From: Macrostomum lignano
Taxonomy: Eukaryota
Reading direction: 5' to 3'
DNA: 64,000 nt
Assembly (NCBI GenBank): GCA_002269645.1
Contig: NIVC01003005.1
Span: forward strand, 62,001 to 126,000
Both the position numbers and the translations under genes were made by a program. Of the stretch, positions 26,126 through 37,889 are shown piece by piece; the stretch's first letter is position 1; each line of letters starts with the position of its first letter. The notes beneath the pieces are model-generated. The model worked only from the letters and a program-made list of their open reading frames with translations, searched no databases and was not told the origin of the DNA.

Positions 26126-26584
26126 TATTTACACACAAAAATTCGTAAATTTTCTTATCACAGGCTCAGTTCCCTTCTTTCTCCCTTCTTGACAGCCAGC
26201 AGCCGCCCGTGATGAAGCTGTCAAACTTTGCTAGCATAAAATTTTCTTAGAAAACCAGCGACTGAATCGAAAATGAGGGAAGGCTGCGTGAACTTCCGGT
26301 TCACCTTAACGCCAGGTTGCTCAAAAAAACCCGTTACAAGATTACTATGATCTCTATAAAAGCAATTTTTTGGAGCCGTTGTCTGCCTGCTTGACAATGG
26401 TGCAGCCCTGTGCTACTTCAATTTCTAACTGCTCAACGAAATGATTAATTGGGTGCAAATGAATAAAGTCTGGTTTGTGGCCCGTCTGTCTGTCTGGTTC
26501 AAGTCGCTAAATCTATTGTAATATTGAATCTAACCCGTTTATTAGCCCTTTCAGTTGACTTTCTGGTTAGCAAGAGGCTGTAAA

Positions 26585-27540
26585 TCAGTTCATGAGATCA
26601 TAGGTGAGTTCATGAGATCATCATGAGTGAGTTCATGAGATCCTGAGTGAGTTCATGAGATTATGCGTGAGTTCATGAGATCATCATGAGTGAGTTCATG
26701 AGATCCTGAGTGAGTTCATGAGATTATGCGTGAGTTCATGAGATCATTGGTGAGTTCGTGAGATCATAATGAGTGATTTCATGAGATCATAGGTGTAGTT
26801 CATGAGATCATAGGTGAGTTCATAAGATTATCATGAGTGAGTTCATGAGATTATGCCTGAGTTAATGAGATCATAGGTGAGTTCGTGAGATCATCATGAG
26901 TGAGTTCGTGAGATCATCATGAGTGAGTTCATGATATCATGCGTGAGTTCATGAAATCATGAGTGAGTTCATGAGATCATAGGTGAGTTCATGATATCAT
27001 GCGTGAGTTCATGAGATCATGAGTGAGTTCATGAGATCATAGGTGAGTTCATGAGATCATAGGTGAGTTCATTAGATCATCATTAGTGAGTTCTTGAGAT
27101 TATGCGTGTGCTCATGAGAACATAGGTGAGTTCATGAGATCATAGGTGGGTTCATGAGATCATAGGTGAGTTCATGAGATCATAGGTGAGTTCATTAGAT
27201 CATCATTAGTGAGTTCATGAGATTATGCGTGAGTTCATGAGATCATGAGTGAGTTCTTGAGATTATGCGTGTGCTCATGAGAACATAGGTGAGTTCAGGA
27301 GATCATCATGAGTGAGGTTATGAGATCATAGGTGAGTTCATTAGATCATCATTAGTGAGTTCATGAGATTATGCGTGAGTTCATGAGATCATGAGTGAGT
27401 TCTTGAGATTATGCGTGTGCTCATGAGAACATAGGTGAGTTCAGGAGATCATCATGAGTGAGGTTATGAGATTATGCGTGAGTTCATTAGATCATGAGTG
27501 AGTTCATGAGATTATGCGTGAGTTCATGAGATCATGAGTG
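26585..27540. repeat. ~20-bp minisatellite GTGAGTTCATGAGATCAT(AG/GC) variants (protocadherin intron 3)
   Basis: Begins ~25 nt from the exon 3 donor. Confidence 0.95.
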
Positions 27541-27564
27541 AGTGAACACCGAGCCGGTTCTCAC

Positions 27565-27844
27565 CTTGACAACAACAGACGCGCTGCCCGACCTCCTTGG
27601 GTTGCCTCCGTCGAACGCCATCACTGTGAAGCTGTACGTCGATCTCTCCTCCCTGTCCAGCAACCGCAACGTTTTAATTTGGCCGTCGTGCCGACCGACG
27701 CTGAACACGGAGCGCAGGCTGATCTCCGCCAGGCTGTAGGTCACGTGACCGTTCGGACCTTCGTCTGGGTCGTGCGCCGTCAAGACACCCACCAGTTCGC
27801 CCGGTCGCTGCTGTTCAGCGATGCGGAACTCCAGGGGCATGTTT
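27565..27844 (-). CDS. Protocadherin exon 3 (EC6)
   Basis: Acceptor ttcAG|A AAC ATG. DPDEGPNG, LDREE, DGGNP motifs. Donor AAG|GTGAGA, phase 0. Confidence 0.92.
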
Positions 27845-27849
27845 CTGAA

Positions 27850-28813
27850 GTTAGTTATTCAGTTAGTTAGTTAGTTAGTTAGTCAGTTAGTTAGTCAGTT
27901 AGTCAGTTAGTTAGTCAGTTAGTCAGTTAGTTAGTCAGTTAGTCAGTTAGTCAGTTAGTCAGTTAGTTAGTTAGTCAGTTAGTTAGTTAGTCAGTTAGTT
28001 AGTTAGTCAGTTAGTTAGTTAGTTAGTCAGTTAGTCAGTTAGTTAGTTAGTCAGTTAGTTAGTTAGTCAGTCAGTTAGTTAGTCAGTCAGTTAGTTAGTC
28101 AGTTAGTCAGTTAGTTAGTCAGTTAGTCAGTTAGTCAGTTAGTTAGTTAGTCAGTTAGTTAGTTAGTCAGTCAGTTAGTTAGTCAGTTAGTCAGTTAGTT
28201 AGTCAGTTAGTCAGTTAGTTAGTCAGTTAGTCAGTTAGTTAGTTAGTTAGTTAGTCAGTTAGTCAGTTAGTTAGTTAGTCAGTTAGTTAGTTAGTCAGTC
28301 AGTTAGTTAGTCAGTTAGTCAGTTAGTTAGTCAGTTAGTCAGTTAGTTAGTCAGTTAGTCAGTTAGTTAGTTAGTCAGTTAGTTAGTTAGTCAGTTAGTT
28401 AGTTAGTCAGTTAGTTAGTTAGTCAGTTAGTTAGTTAGTCAGTTAGTTAGTTAGTTAGTCAGTTAGTCAGTTAGTTAGTTAGTCAGTTAGTTAGTTAGTC
28501 AGTCAGTTAGTTAGTCAGTTAGTCAGTTAGTTAGTCAGTTAGTCAGTTAGTTAGTCAGTTAGTCAGTTAGTTAGTTAGTCAGTTAGTTAGTTAGTCAGTT
28601 AGTTAGTTAGTCAGTTAGTTAGTTAGTTAGTTTGTTTGTTTGTTAGTTAGTTAGTCAGTTAGTTAGTTAGTTAGTTAGTCAGTTAGTTTGTTAGTTAGTT
28701 AGTCAGTTAGTTAGTCAGTTAGTTAGTTAGTCAGTTAGTCAGTTAGTCAGTTAGTTTGTTAGTTAGTTAGTCAGTTAGTCAGTTAGTCAGTTAGTCAGTT
28801 AGTCAGTTAGTTA
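27850..28813. repeat. (GTTA/GTCA)n microsatellite filling protocadherin intron 2
   Basis: About 960 bp of TAAC/TGAC tetramers on the transcribed (-) strand. Confidence 0.97.
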
Positions 28814-28818
28814 CGCAC

Positions 28819-29893
28819 CCGCACGGAGCGGCAGCCTCAGGGCAGAAGCTCGGCGCATTGTCATTCTCGTCCAGAACTTGGACCACGATGTCCAGCGGTC
28901 GCGAAGTCTTGGCCGGTTCTCCGCTGTCCTTGGCCGACACTCGCAGCTGGTAGCTGGCCTCCTGCTCCCTGTCCAGGGTTTCCTTTGTCAGCAGCAGTCC
29001 GTTGCGCTCCCCCAGGCTGAACAATCGGCTGTGCGGTGTGTCCTCGAGAACGTACGTCACCCCGTCTCCGTCAGCGTCCGTAGCGTTGAACTGGTGCACC
29101 GGAGCGCCTGGCGGCCGGTTCTCCACCACCCGCAGCGTCAGAATCGGCGTCGTCATTGTCGAACTCAAGCTGGTCGCCTCGGCGAACTCCGGCCGATTGT
29201 CATTGACGTTTCCGACTCGGATGGTCAGGCGGCGTTGAGTGACGAGCTCGGCTCGCCGCCGTCTGAGCAATTCAGCAGCAGCTCGTGCTGCTTAGCGGCC
29301 TCTCTGTCTAACGGCCTGGCGGTTCGGAGCTCGAACTCGCGCTGCTGGCCGCGGCTGAGTCCGCCGCCGCCCGTTCGCGAGACCAACTGGAAGGATCGAA
29401 GAGACTCGGCGCCGCCCAAAAGGCTGCAGTCTAGTCGGCTGGGGCCACCGTCCGCGTCAGTCGCCGTTATCCAAGCCACCAGCTCGGCACCAGCTCCGTT
29501 TTCCATCACCTCAAGGTTGCCGGCTCCAACGTCTTCGGTTGCTGGCGTGACATCGATGACTGGCTGCTCGTCGTTCCGGTCCAGGACGCTGACGGTGACA
29601 GTGGCGCTTCCGGTCTGCGGCCCGACTCCGCTGGAGTCCCGCCTGCCGTCTCTGTCCACGGCCTCGAGGATGATTACGTGCACCGGCTGGTGCTCGTAGT
29701 CCAGCCGGCGGCGCAGGAACACGCCGCCAGTGGTCGGGTCGACGCTGAAGAAGCCGCCGACGCCTCCGACGCCACCGGCGACGCTGCTCAACCGGTAGCG
29801 AATCTGAGCGTTCAGTCCCTCGTCCGGGTCGGTTGCGTTCATTCTGATGAATACGGTGTTCAGCGGAAGGTCTTCCTGCACGTGGACCGTCAT
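28819..29893 (-). CDS. Protocadherin exon 2 (EC3-EC5), 1-nt deletion frameshift at ~29247-29249
   Basis: Acceptor aaacAG|ATG ACG. Motifs DPDEG, LDYE, DRNDEQP, LDRE, NVNDNRP, DENDNAP are split across two ORFs that overlap at GAG CCG AG CTC GTC. Donor GG|GTGCGT. Length 1075 needs +1 nt to meet the phase-2 acceptor of exon 3. Confidence 0.9.
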
Positions 29894-30012
29894 CTGTTTA
29901 AATGGGTTTTGTTGGTGTTCTTGCGCAACGAAGAAATCAAAGCTGTACTACTTGTTTTCAACACTCTGATTGACCAGTGGGCGACATCCAAGCATTGAGA
30001 AAGCTTCCAACT

Positions 30013-30803
30013 TGTCCGCTACCTAAGGGCTACCGAGTGAGTGACCATCCACTTTCTGGACTCTCCGCGGAGGGCGACCGCACTGCGGACACCGGCACCA
30101 CCGGATCTCCCCTGCCCAGCACAACAGCGCACAATATTTAGGCCAACTTGACCGAAGCTACTGAGTGTCTGCGTTAGTTCGTAATGTAGTAGGGGGGTTT
30201 AGTTCAAGCAGTTTTGCTAAGGCGTTTGCCATTCGTCGGGATGAATTATTTTAGTAGCATGAATTCGAGAATAAGCAGTTTTGCTTTTACGCTACTATTA
30301 GTAGTTCACCTTCGGGAAAATATCTGAAGCTATGGGAATTCGAGTCTTAGCGGGTTTCTCTATTAGTAAAAGGCTGTTTGGCCTCGGGAAAAGCATCCTG
30401 TTCAGGACCGTCCATTGGACAACATTTGTAAGAGATCTAAGTCTCAAATAAGCCAGACTAAGGGAGTCTCCCCTTTATAAAATAAAAGAATATATATAAG
30501 AAAGTATAAAAGGTAAGATCGGGGTAAAATAGGGAGGCTAAGAGGAGTCTACCGCTTAGTCAAAACGGAGTCTACCGAGAATAGGAATTAGTACAGTCAG
30601 TTAGATAGAAGTAAGGGAAAGGAACCAGGAGTCTACCGGTTCTAATAACATAGTAATAATAGTGCTTAAATCTTTGCATATTTGGTTCAATAATATCATT
30701 TTCTTTTGTTTGTTTATTCCAATAATCTTCCATGAAGTCGACTCTTGTCTCACTTATTTTAATCTAAAACTATTATTATAAGGGACATTAGTCTGGTGGC
30801 AGC
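30013..30803 (+). mobile_element. Probable LTR (TGTCC...GGACA, 30013-30787) followed by a tRNA-Leu-type PBS remnant, in protocadherin intron 1
   Basis: 5-bp terminal inverted TGTCC/GGACA, internal TATA/AATAAA-rich block, TGGTGGCAGC at 30794-30803. No TSD and no gag/pol. Confidence 0.4.
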
Positions 30804-30916
30804 AACCTACCAAATTAGAGTACATAATAACAGAAGTAATAATAGAAAACCAGAATAAACCAGTAGCCTAAACCGCAGGTACCACGCGTGTTCAGTAATT
30901 TGAAACAACGGCCCAC

Positions 30917-31801
30917 CTGTTCCTTGGAAAATCGCGGCTTCTCATCGTTCCGATCGATCAGTCGGACGTCGATCTGCAACCGGCCGACCCGAGGCGGACT
31001 GCCGCCGTCCTTGGCCAGCAGTTCGAGCTTATGCCGAGCAACCTTCTCCCTGTCCAGCGGCCTCACCGCAATCAGCTTCGGCTGCAGTCTGCTGTCGCCC
31101 AGGCGAAAGTACGGAAGGTCGCCGTCCTGCTCTAGCGAGTACTCTTGCACATTGAACGGCTCAGCGTCCAAGTCGACAGCCATGGGCAATTTGAACTCTT
31201 CGCCATCTTTCGGATGCTCGTCGATGTTTAGAATGAACTCCGCCTGGGGAAAGGTTGGCGCGTTGTCGTTCAAGTCGCGCACCCGGATGGCGACCTCCAC
31301 CATCTGGCTGGCGTCCGGATTCACGGCGTCAATGACGCGAACTCGCAATGTCAACTCGCAGGCGTCAGTCGGCGATCGCGAATGCGCCCAGCCGGAGCGT
31401 CGACTCCGTCCTCTTCGGCGTCTCCGTTGGAGTCGGCTTCTGCGCGGCTGCCGACAGCAGCGCCGCACCAGGGTGCACATCCGGTCCCGGTCGAGGCTCA
31501 CGTTTGGCGCCGTGCTGACCAGCCCGCTGTCCCCGTCCACTCTGAAGTACCGCAGGCCCGGCTCGCTGCTCGCCTGGCCCAGGCTGACGAACCGGGCGCC
31601 GCCCGGGCCTCCGACGGGAAGCCCCGGCTGGCCGGACAGCCGGCCGATTTCACGTGGCCGAGCCGGCGGCTGCTCGCCTAAGTCTTCGTCTGTCTCAAAG
31701 GTGACTCGGATGGCGCCGCCGCTCGTTGTTGACAGCCACAGCGTTGACAGAAGTAGCAGCGCCGAGCCAGCGATGAAGCTGTTTGAGAGGCTGTAGGTCA
31801 T
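30917..31801 (-). CDS. Delta-type protocadherin (7 EC repeats), exon 1: signal peptide, EC1, EC2
   Basis: ATG at 31801 gives MTYSLSNSFIAGSALLLLSTLWLSTTSG (signal). Cadherin motifs DLNDNAP, DLDAE, LDRE, DRNDEKP. Donor CAG|GTGGGC, phase 0. Confidence 0.92.
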
Positions 31802-32790
31802 TGACTCTGTCGTTGGTAGAAGCACTGTTGGTGCAATCTGTTGCCAATAGCTAGTCTTATAATTTGATTCGAATTCAGCACGGACTGGGTCTCACTGAGC
31901 TCCAACAACTGAACAAATTTATCGGCAATATCATTTGCCTCCTGTTGCTCGACAAGCAATCCTTTCTTATAGATCCCTTCTCAACCCCCCTTGTGCTCAC
32001 AAACCTTCTCAGCGAGTCTCCGCCAACCGGAGCAGTCGGGCTGGTTCCATTGGCTCTGGCCGGCACACACCGACACCGGTACACCTGCGCAGGTCACGTC
32101 TCAAAGGCATAAATTTCTGTAGCCAATTCGCGGGCAAGCAGGGCATTTCTTCTACTTTCTACTATTAAAAAAACACTTCCCTGCGTGTAGCAAGCAGTTG
32201 CAGGTCCGGTTATTCAACTGAGGCCAAAATTGCTTTCCTTTTTTCCATTTCGGTATTAATAGCAAAGAAAATTAACTATTCCAAATATAGTAAAACTCTC
32301 AGCATTCCTCCTTTTCCCTCCCGCAAATGCTATCCAAACCAAATCGAGAAGCGAATTAGCGAAAATAAAGCTGAGTCACTTGGCCGGAACAGAGTCAATC
32401 AAAACCGAGTTTTTATTCGCTAAACTCCAGCTCGGTTTGATCTCAAATCAGGACAGAGTCGCTTGAGAAATGAAAGACAATAGTTAGCAGTTTCACCCGG
32501 GAAAGAGGCTGGATGGGGAGGTGGGGCTGCGGACTCGCTCAGCAGGACTTCCGGCTGCGATTCGTCCGGCGCGTTGTTTAATTTGAGTTTTCCCGGGACA
32601 CGAGAGGCAAACTCAAATAAGGGCTGCTCACGCGTGAGGGCGTGGAGACGGCTGGCTATGGTGTACTGTTTCAGTGCGCGTTTGCGATTTCGCAACTTTG
32701 AAGCCTCACCAGTTCATGAGATTTCACAACCTCAAATAATTGATTACACCTGCCCTAATGAGCAGATTTGCAACCGACAGCTCAACCGCA

Positions 32791-32977
32791 GCTGCGTACG
32801 GCTGTTCAGTCCAAGGACTGGCGGGTCTCCACACACAGCCTCAATTACCCCAGCTAATGCTCAAGCTAGGTGTCTTGCTCAAGGACACAAACTGTTCCCA
32901 GTGGGTCAAGAATCGAACCAGCGACCTTTCAGTCGTGACTCCGACGCTCTAGCCACTCGGCTACACTAGGCCGGTCC
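32791..32977 (-). mobile_element. tRNA-headed SINE copy 1 (CORE domain largely deleted)
   Basis: On -: A box TAGCCGAGTGG, B box GGTTCGATTC, then GTGTCCTTGAGCAAGACAC. Shares its 3' tail (AGCATTAGCTGGGGTAATT...GGACTGAACAGCCGTACGCAGC) with copy 2. Confidence 0.85.
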
Positions 32978-33539
32978 AGAGTGGCTGGGTTGCCAACAAA
33001 AACAGCAACAACAACCTCAAAGCTTCACCAACTCATGAGATTTCACAAACTGAAAGCTTCATCACCTTTGACTCTGAAAATTTCTCAGAATAGGAGTATA
33101 CTGTATAAGTAAGATTTTGTAAAAATTGTATCTTCCAGATCCATGAAAACAGTAAATAAAAAATTGCTTAGTCCTACTTATGAGTAGTAAACCATGCAAA
33201 TTAAATATTTCACTCCAAGATAACCCCAAACCAGTTTTTAAGCATCCAGAAAATCGATACCGGTATATTACTCCATTCTTAATTTAAAACGATCAAATCA
33301 GGAATATAAATGACTGCTAGGAGAAACAACAAATTAACATTAGTAGTGTACTGGATATTTTGTATAAAGAAGCACACTGCAGTTTGATATCAAACTTTCT
33401 AAAAGTGTAAATTGAAAAATATTGAAGCTAGCTAAATATTTATATCACGTTCAATAACTTATGTTTCAGTACGTTGTTCGATATATAATTGTGGGGGTTG
33501 TCGATTGAAAGGTCGAAGATAGAACAGAGCGTATAAGAA

Positions 33540-33850
33540 AGCAGAAGACAGAAAGCAGGCCAGAAAGCAGAAGACGGAAAAGAAGAAGACAAAAGCAGAA
33601 GACACAATAGGAGAAGCCAGAAAGCAGGAAAGAAAGCAGATAACAGAAGAGCAGAATACAAAAGCATAAGACAGAAAAGCAGAAGACAAAAAGCAGAAGA
33701 CAGAAAAGCAGAAGACAAAGCAGGCCAGAAAGCAGAAGACAGAAAAGCAGAAGACAAAGCAGGCCAGAAAGCAGAAGACAGAAAAGCAGAAGACAAAGCA
33801 GGCCAGAAAGCAGAAGACAGAAAAGCAGAAGATAGAAAGCAGAAGACTCG
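33540..33850. repeat. GCAGAAGACAGAAAA / GCAGGCCAGAAA compound repeat
   Basis: Direct observation. Confidence 0.9.
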
Positions 33851-33933
33851 AGACAGAAAAAAATAATTCAACCGTCAGATATCAAATAATTCAAATTAAG
33901 ATCCTCAGAAATTTTCCGTGTCTCCTTCCAGCC

Positions 33934-34585
33934 TCAGAAGCCTTCGTAGCTGTTTGTAACGGGAATTCGAGGCAGTCGGCCGCCGCCGCCGACGCCACCG
34001 CCGCCGCTCCAGTTGTTGCCGGCATCGAACCGGGCATCGGGTTGTTCAACCGGGTACCTCTGCATCTGGTAAGCCTGCTCGCCATTGCCAGCTTTAGCGG
34101 CGCTTCCCGTCGGCGTGTAAGGCGATCCGAACTCGTCGAACTTGTCGGATGGCTCGCCTCGCTGCTGCCGCTGCCGCTGGTTGGGCAGCGCCAGACCAAC
34201 CAGGCTGGTTCCGGCTGCGGCCAGACAGGCGCTAAAGGCCGCCAGGGCGATGTAATAAGACGCTCCAGGTGTCACTTTCGTAGCCAGCTGCAAATTGCTC
34301 GGCAAAGCGTTGTAGATCGACAGGCCGGCCGAAGCTACAGCCGTCGTGCCTGAGATTGGCGGCAGCAGCTCGCGCATCAGGGTGTTGTTGAAGGCGATGT
34401 GGGCCCCGAACTGCAGTCCAGCAGCCAGCAGACTCAGACCAGTTGGCGCTACCAGACCGGACATTTCGCTGGTGCTGGCCAGGATGTACAAGCAGACTAG
34501 CAGAGAGACGCAGAGCACAGCTCCGGAGGCCAGGTGCAAACCAATGTGCAGCCTGCGGTTTTTGTTCAGGTAAAGCCAGGGTTTT
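33934..34585 (-). CDS. Claudin-like protein, coding exon 2 (TM2-4 and tail; spliced protein 332 aa)
   Basis: Acceptor tttctaAG|A keeps the frame. Three hydrophobic helices; PGASYYIALAAFSACLAAAG matches the claudin-family TM4 lead-in (G.SF.LA). Stop at 33934. Confidence 0.8.
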
Positions 34586-34669
34586 CTTAGAAAGGTGGCG
34601 ATTGAATTTTCGTTTGAATCTAGCTTTCTATTTACCAACACACCTAAGTTCTTCATCAACACCCAACAA

Positions 34670-35215
34670 GACTCCAACAACAACTGCACAACCCAAGTTC
34701 ATCCTCAACGACAGCCAACCTCTCTCCAACAACTGCACAACCCAAGTTCATCCTCAACGACAGCCAACCTCTCTCCAACAACTGCACAACCCAAGTTCAT
34801 CCTCAACGACATCCAACCTCTCTCCAACAACTGCACAACCCAAGTTCATCCTCAACGACATCCAACCTCTCTCCAACAACTGCACAACCCAAGTTCACCC
34901 TCAACGACATCCAACCTCTCTCCAACAACTGCACAACCCAAGTTCATCCTCAACGACAGCCAACCTCTCTCCAACAACTGCACAACCCAAGTTCATCCTC
35001 AACGACAGCCAACCTCTCTCCAACAACTGCACAACCCAAGTTCATCCTCAACGACATCCAACCTCTCTCCAACAACTGCACAACCCAAGTTCATCCTCAA
35101 CGACATCCAACCTCTCTCCAACAACTGCACAACCCAAGTTCACCCTCAACGACATCCAACCTCTCTCCAACAACTGCACAACCCAAGTTCATCCTCAACC
35201 ACAACCAACCTCTCT
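34670..35215. repeat. 49-bp minisatellite (~11 copies) in the claudin-like intron
   Basis: Unit CAACTGCACAACCCAAGTTCATCCTCAACGACAGCCAACCTCTCTCCAA, period 49. Confidence 0.96.
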
Positions 35216-35240
35216 AACAACTATAAGAAAAAGGACTCAC

Positions 35241-35587
35241 TTTCTGAGCACCAGAATGGTGTCAGCACCAGTCCCCAGATAGCTGGCGTCGGTGTTATTC
35301 AAATTGCCGCCGAGGTCAACGTCGAAGCAGCTGCCGAACTTCACCTGACTCGAGTAGGCGGACGCCGACAGCGGAGGGGCGCTGGTGTTGGACAGGCAGG
35401 TGAGAAAAGCTCCGCGACTGCGGGTGAAATAATCCAAGCCTGTCCTATTCGACAAAGTGCTCCGATCAACTTCGAACTGTAGCCAGTTGGGCAGCGACAG
35501 AGACACCACGTTCAGTGTGATTGCGGCTAGCAAGGTTAAAATGGATAGAAAACCAATAAATCTTCGCATAACGCCGTCGTCCTGCAT
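35241..35587 (-). CDS. Claudin/PMP22/EMP-superfamily tetraspan protein, coding exon 1
   Basis: TM1 FIGFLSILTLLAAITLNVVSLSL, then NW...RGAFLTC...C, a variant of the claudin W-GLW-C-C signature. Donor AA|GTGAGT, phase 2. Confidence 0.8.
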
Positions 35588-36206
35588 TCTGGCTAAGAAG
35601 ATGAGATAGATAGTAGGGTTCAGGTATACTGTGAATGGGCGTTAGTTAGAATGTCTTCGCTTGGTCGTCGGCCCTGTAGGCTCACGTATTTTTATAGACA
35701 GTGCAAGACTTAACCCGCGGTCTCTCATTCTTTGTGCCGCTCTCTCAGCCTCACCCGCCTGCCTTCGCCACTAGGCGGGTCAACAGACCTCCCCGACTCC
35801 ACCAGAGCTTTCTATTGTCTCTTTTTCTAATTAATGGGCGTCTTCGCCAATTCGCTTGGAGAGAAATTGCATTCACTGCGGCTCTGGGTCGGTGCTGGGA
35901 CCCTGCCGCCCTGCTGAAATATTCAAACTCTCTACTTGGATTGTCTGTGCGTGATGCATTGTGAACAGCGAAGCGAATGCCTTACCCCTGTCCCACCCTC
36001 TGTCTCTCTCTTCTTGTCTTTTACTTATCTTGGCTGTCCGAATGCACTCACTCACTGTATCTTCAACTGCGAGGTCAACAAAATAATCTGAATGCCTCAC
36101 TACTGCGGAGTGCTGAATGATAGGCGAAACAATTTACGTCGGGCTAACAATTAGCAAGCAGTGCTACTGGAAGTAACCGAATAGAGTGTTGGTAAAGTTT
36201 TTAAAA

Positions 36207-36388
<182 letters not shown>

Positions 36389-36909
36389 ATCTGTCCTATT
36401 CTATCGAGTCAGACCGCATTCTAAGAAAGAAGGCAGTCTCAGAGAAAGTTTTTTCCTATGCAGAAAAAGATATCTCTTTCAGATTTTATCTAGAAATATC
36501 CCCCCAGAATTTCTCCCTCGGGGACTTCGAGCCAAGATTGATAGCCAATATCCAGTTCTCAGGATTCATCTGCACCAGTTGGGCGTTGGGAACTGCAAAA
36601 TTGGGAAAATTAGTCAAAATCTTTTCCCAATACTTTCTTCCCATCATACTAGGGATTTAAGCCGCGGGCTTGCAACCTCAAAGCGACGCGAATGTCGGCT
36701 TGAATTTCTAAAATCCATGAAAAATTATTTCTGATGCTGAATGGGATAAGGAGGTATTCGAACAAACCAGTTTTATTTCAGGGTTTTTTTCTTTAGCCAA
36801 TGAGGCTTAAAAATCTTATATTTTTATCATGACACTATTAACTGTCATGTTCACTAAATTGCTTGATCAATTTTTTAAAGTTTTTTATTGTAATTCCTCA
36901 GCCACCAAA

Positions 36910-37500
36910 TTTCAAGGTCATTAGCGATCAAAGTCACTTGAACGCGTGCCCCAATAAAATTCAAGGTCAGTAGCAGTCAAAGTCACTTAGAACGCGTGCC
37001 CCAATAAAATTCAAGGTCAGTAGCTGTCAAGGTCACTTGAACGCGTGCCCCAATAAAATTCAAGGTCAGTAGCTGTCAAGGTCACTTGAACGCGTGCCCC
37101 AATAAAATTCAAGGTCAGTAGCTGTCAAGGTCACTTGAACGCGTGCCCCAATAAAAATCAAGGTCAGTAGCAGTCAAAGTCACTTAGAACGCGTGCCCCA
37201 ATAAAATTCAAGGTCAGTAGCTGTCAAGGTCACTTGAACGCGTGCCCCAATAAAATTCAAGGTCAGTAGCAGTCAAAGTCACTGAAACGCGTGACCCCTT
37301 TTAACTTCAAGGTCGTCAGTTAACTGTCAAAGTCACTTAATTTTCGTGCCCCAAAAAACTTCAAGGTCAGTAGCAGTCAAGGTCCCTTGAACGCGTACCA
37401 CAATAAACTTCAAGGTCAGTAGCAGTCAAGGTCCCTTGCACGCGTGCCACAATAAACTTCAAGGTCAGTAGCAGTCAAGGTCACTTAAACCACTGAAGCG
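36910..37500. repeat. 49-bp minisatellite TCAAGGTCAGTAGCTGTCAAGGTCACTTGAACGCGTGCCCCAATAAAAT
   Basis: Period 49-50, ~12 copies. Confidence 0.94.
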
Positions 37501-37575
37501 CGTGACCACTGAATCATTGGGTCATCAGCAGTCAATTTCGCTCGCTAGAAAATCAATTAAAAGTGACTTAATGGA

Positions 37576-37889
37576 TCATTGGAATACAGTTTTCTGTTCA
37601 ATTTCCTCATCTAATTTTTTTTCATCAGTTTTGAGCAAGCTTAAATGTACTTTTATCGGTATCTGCTCATTTCTAGAGACACGCCGAGTTCCATCTGAAT
37701 GGCTTTGGTATTCCCCAGCTGGAATTGGTGTGCCGCAAGCCAGCTCGCGAGTGTAAACAGGAACTTCAGCCAATGTAAGATGCCAATCTCTCTCAGTCTG
37801 CGCGGAATCTGCAGCGGTCGAAATTAGGACCGGGACTGGGGGGGGGGGGCTGCTGGGCTGAGAAGTATTTATTCCCACGGGGATCGCCG
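37576..37889 (-). CDS. Orphan putative terminal coding exon, unknown protein
   Basis: tactaattcccAG acceptor followed by 104 open codons (AIPVGINTSQPSSPPPP...KLDEEIEQKTVFQ*) with non-repetitive, protein-like composition. Upstream exons not identified. Confidence 0.4.

Noticed and set aside
25370-26212. 280/258-aa ORFs
   Set aside because: Products of the 22/24-bp minisatellite.
28878-31796. Long + strand ORFs (273 aa, 302 aa) opposite cadherin exons
   Set aside because: Antisense shadows of GC-rich coding exons.
32860-32977. tRNA gene (also 51810-51894)
   Set aside because: A/B boxes are present but there is no closing acceptor stem. Continues into SINE body shared between two loci.
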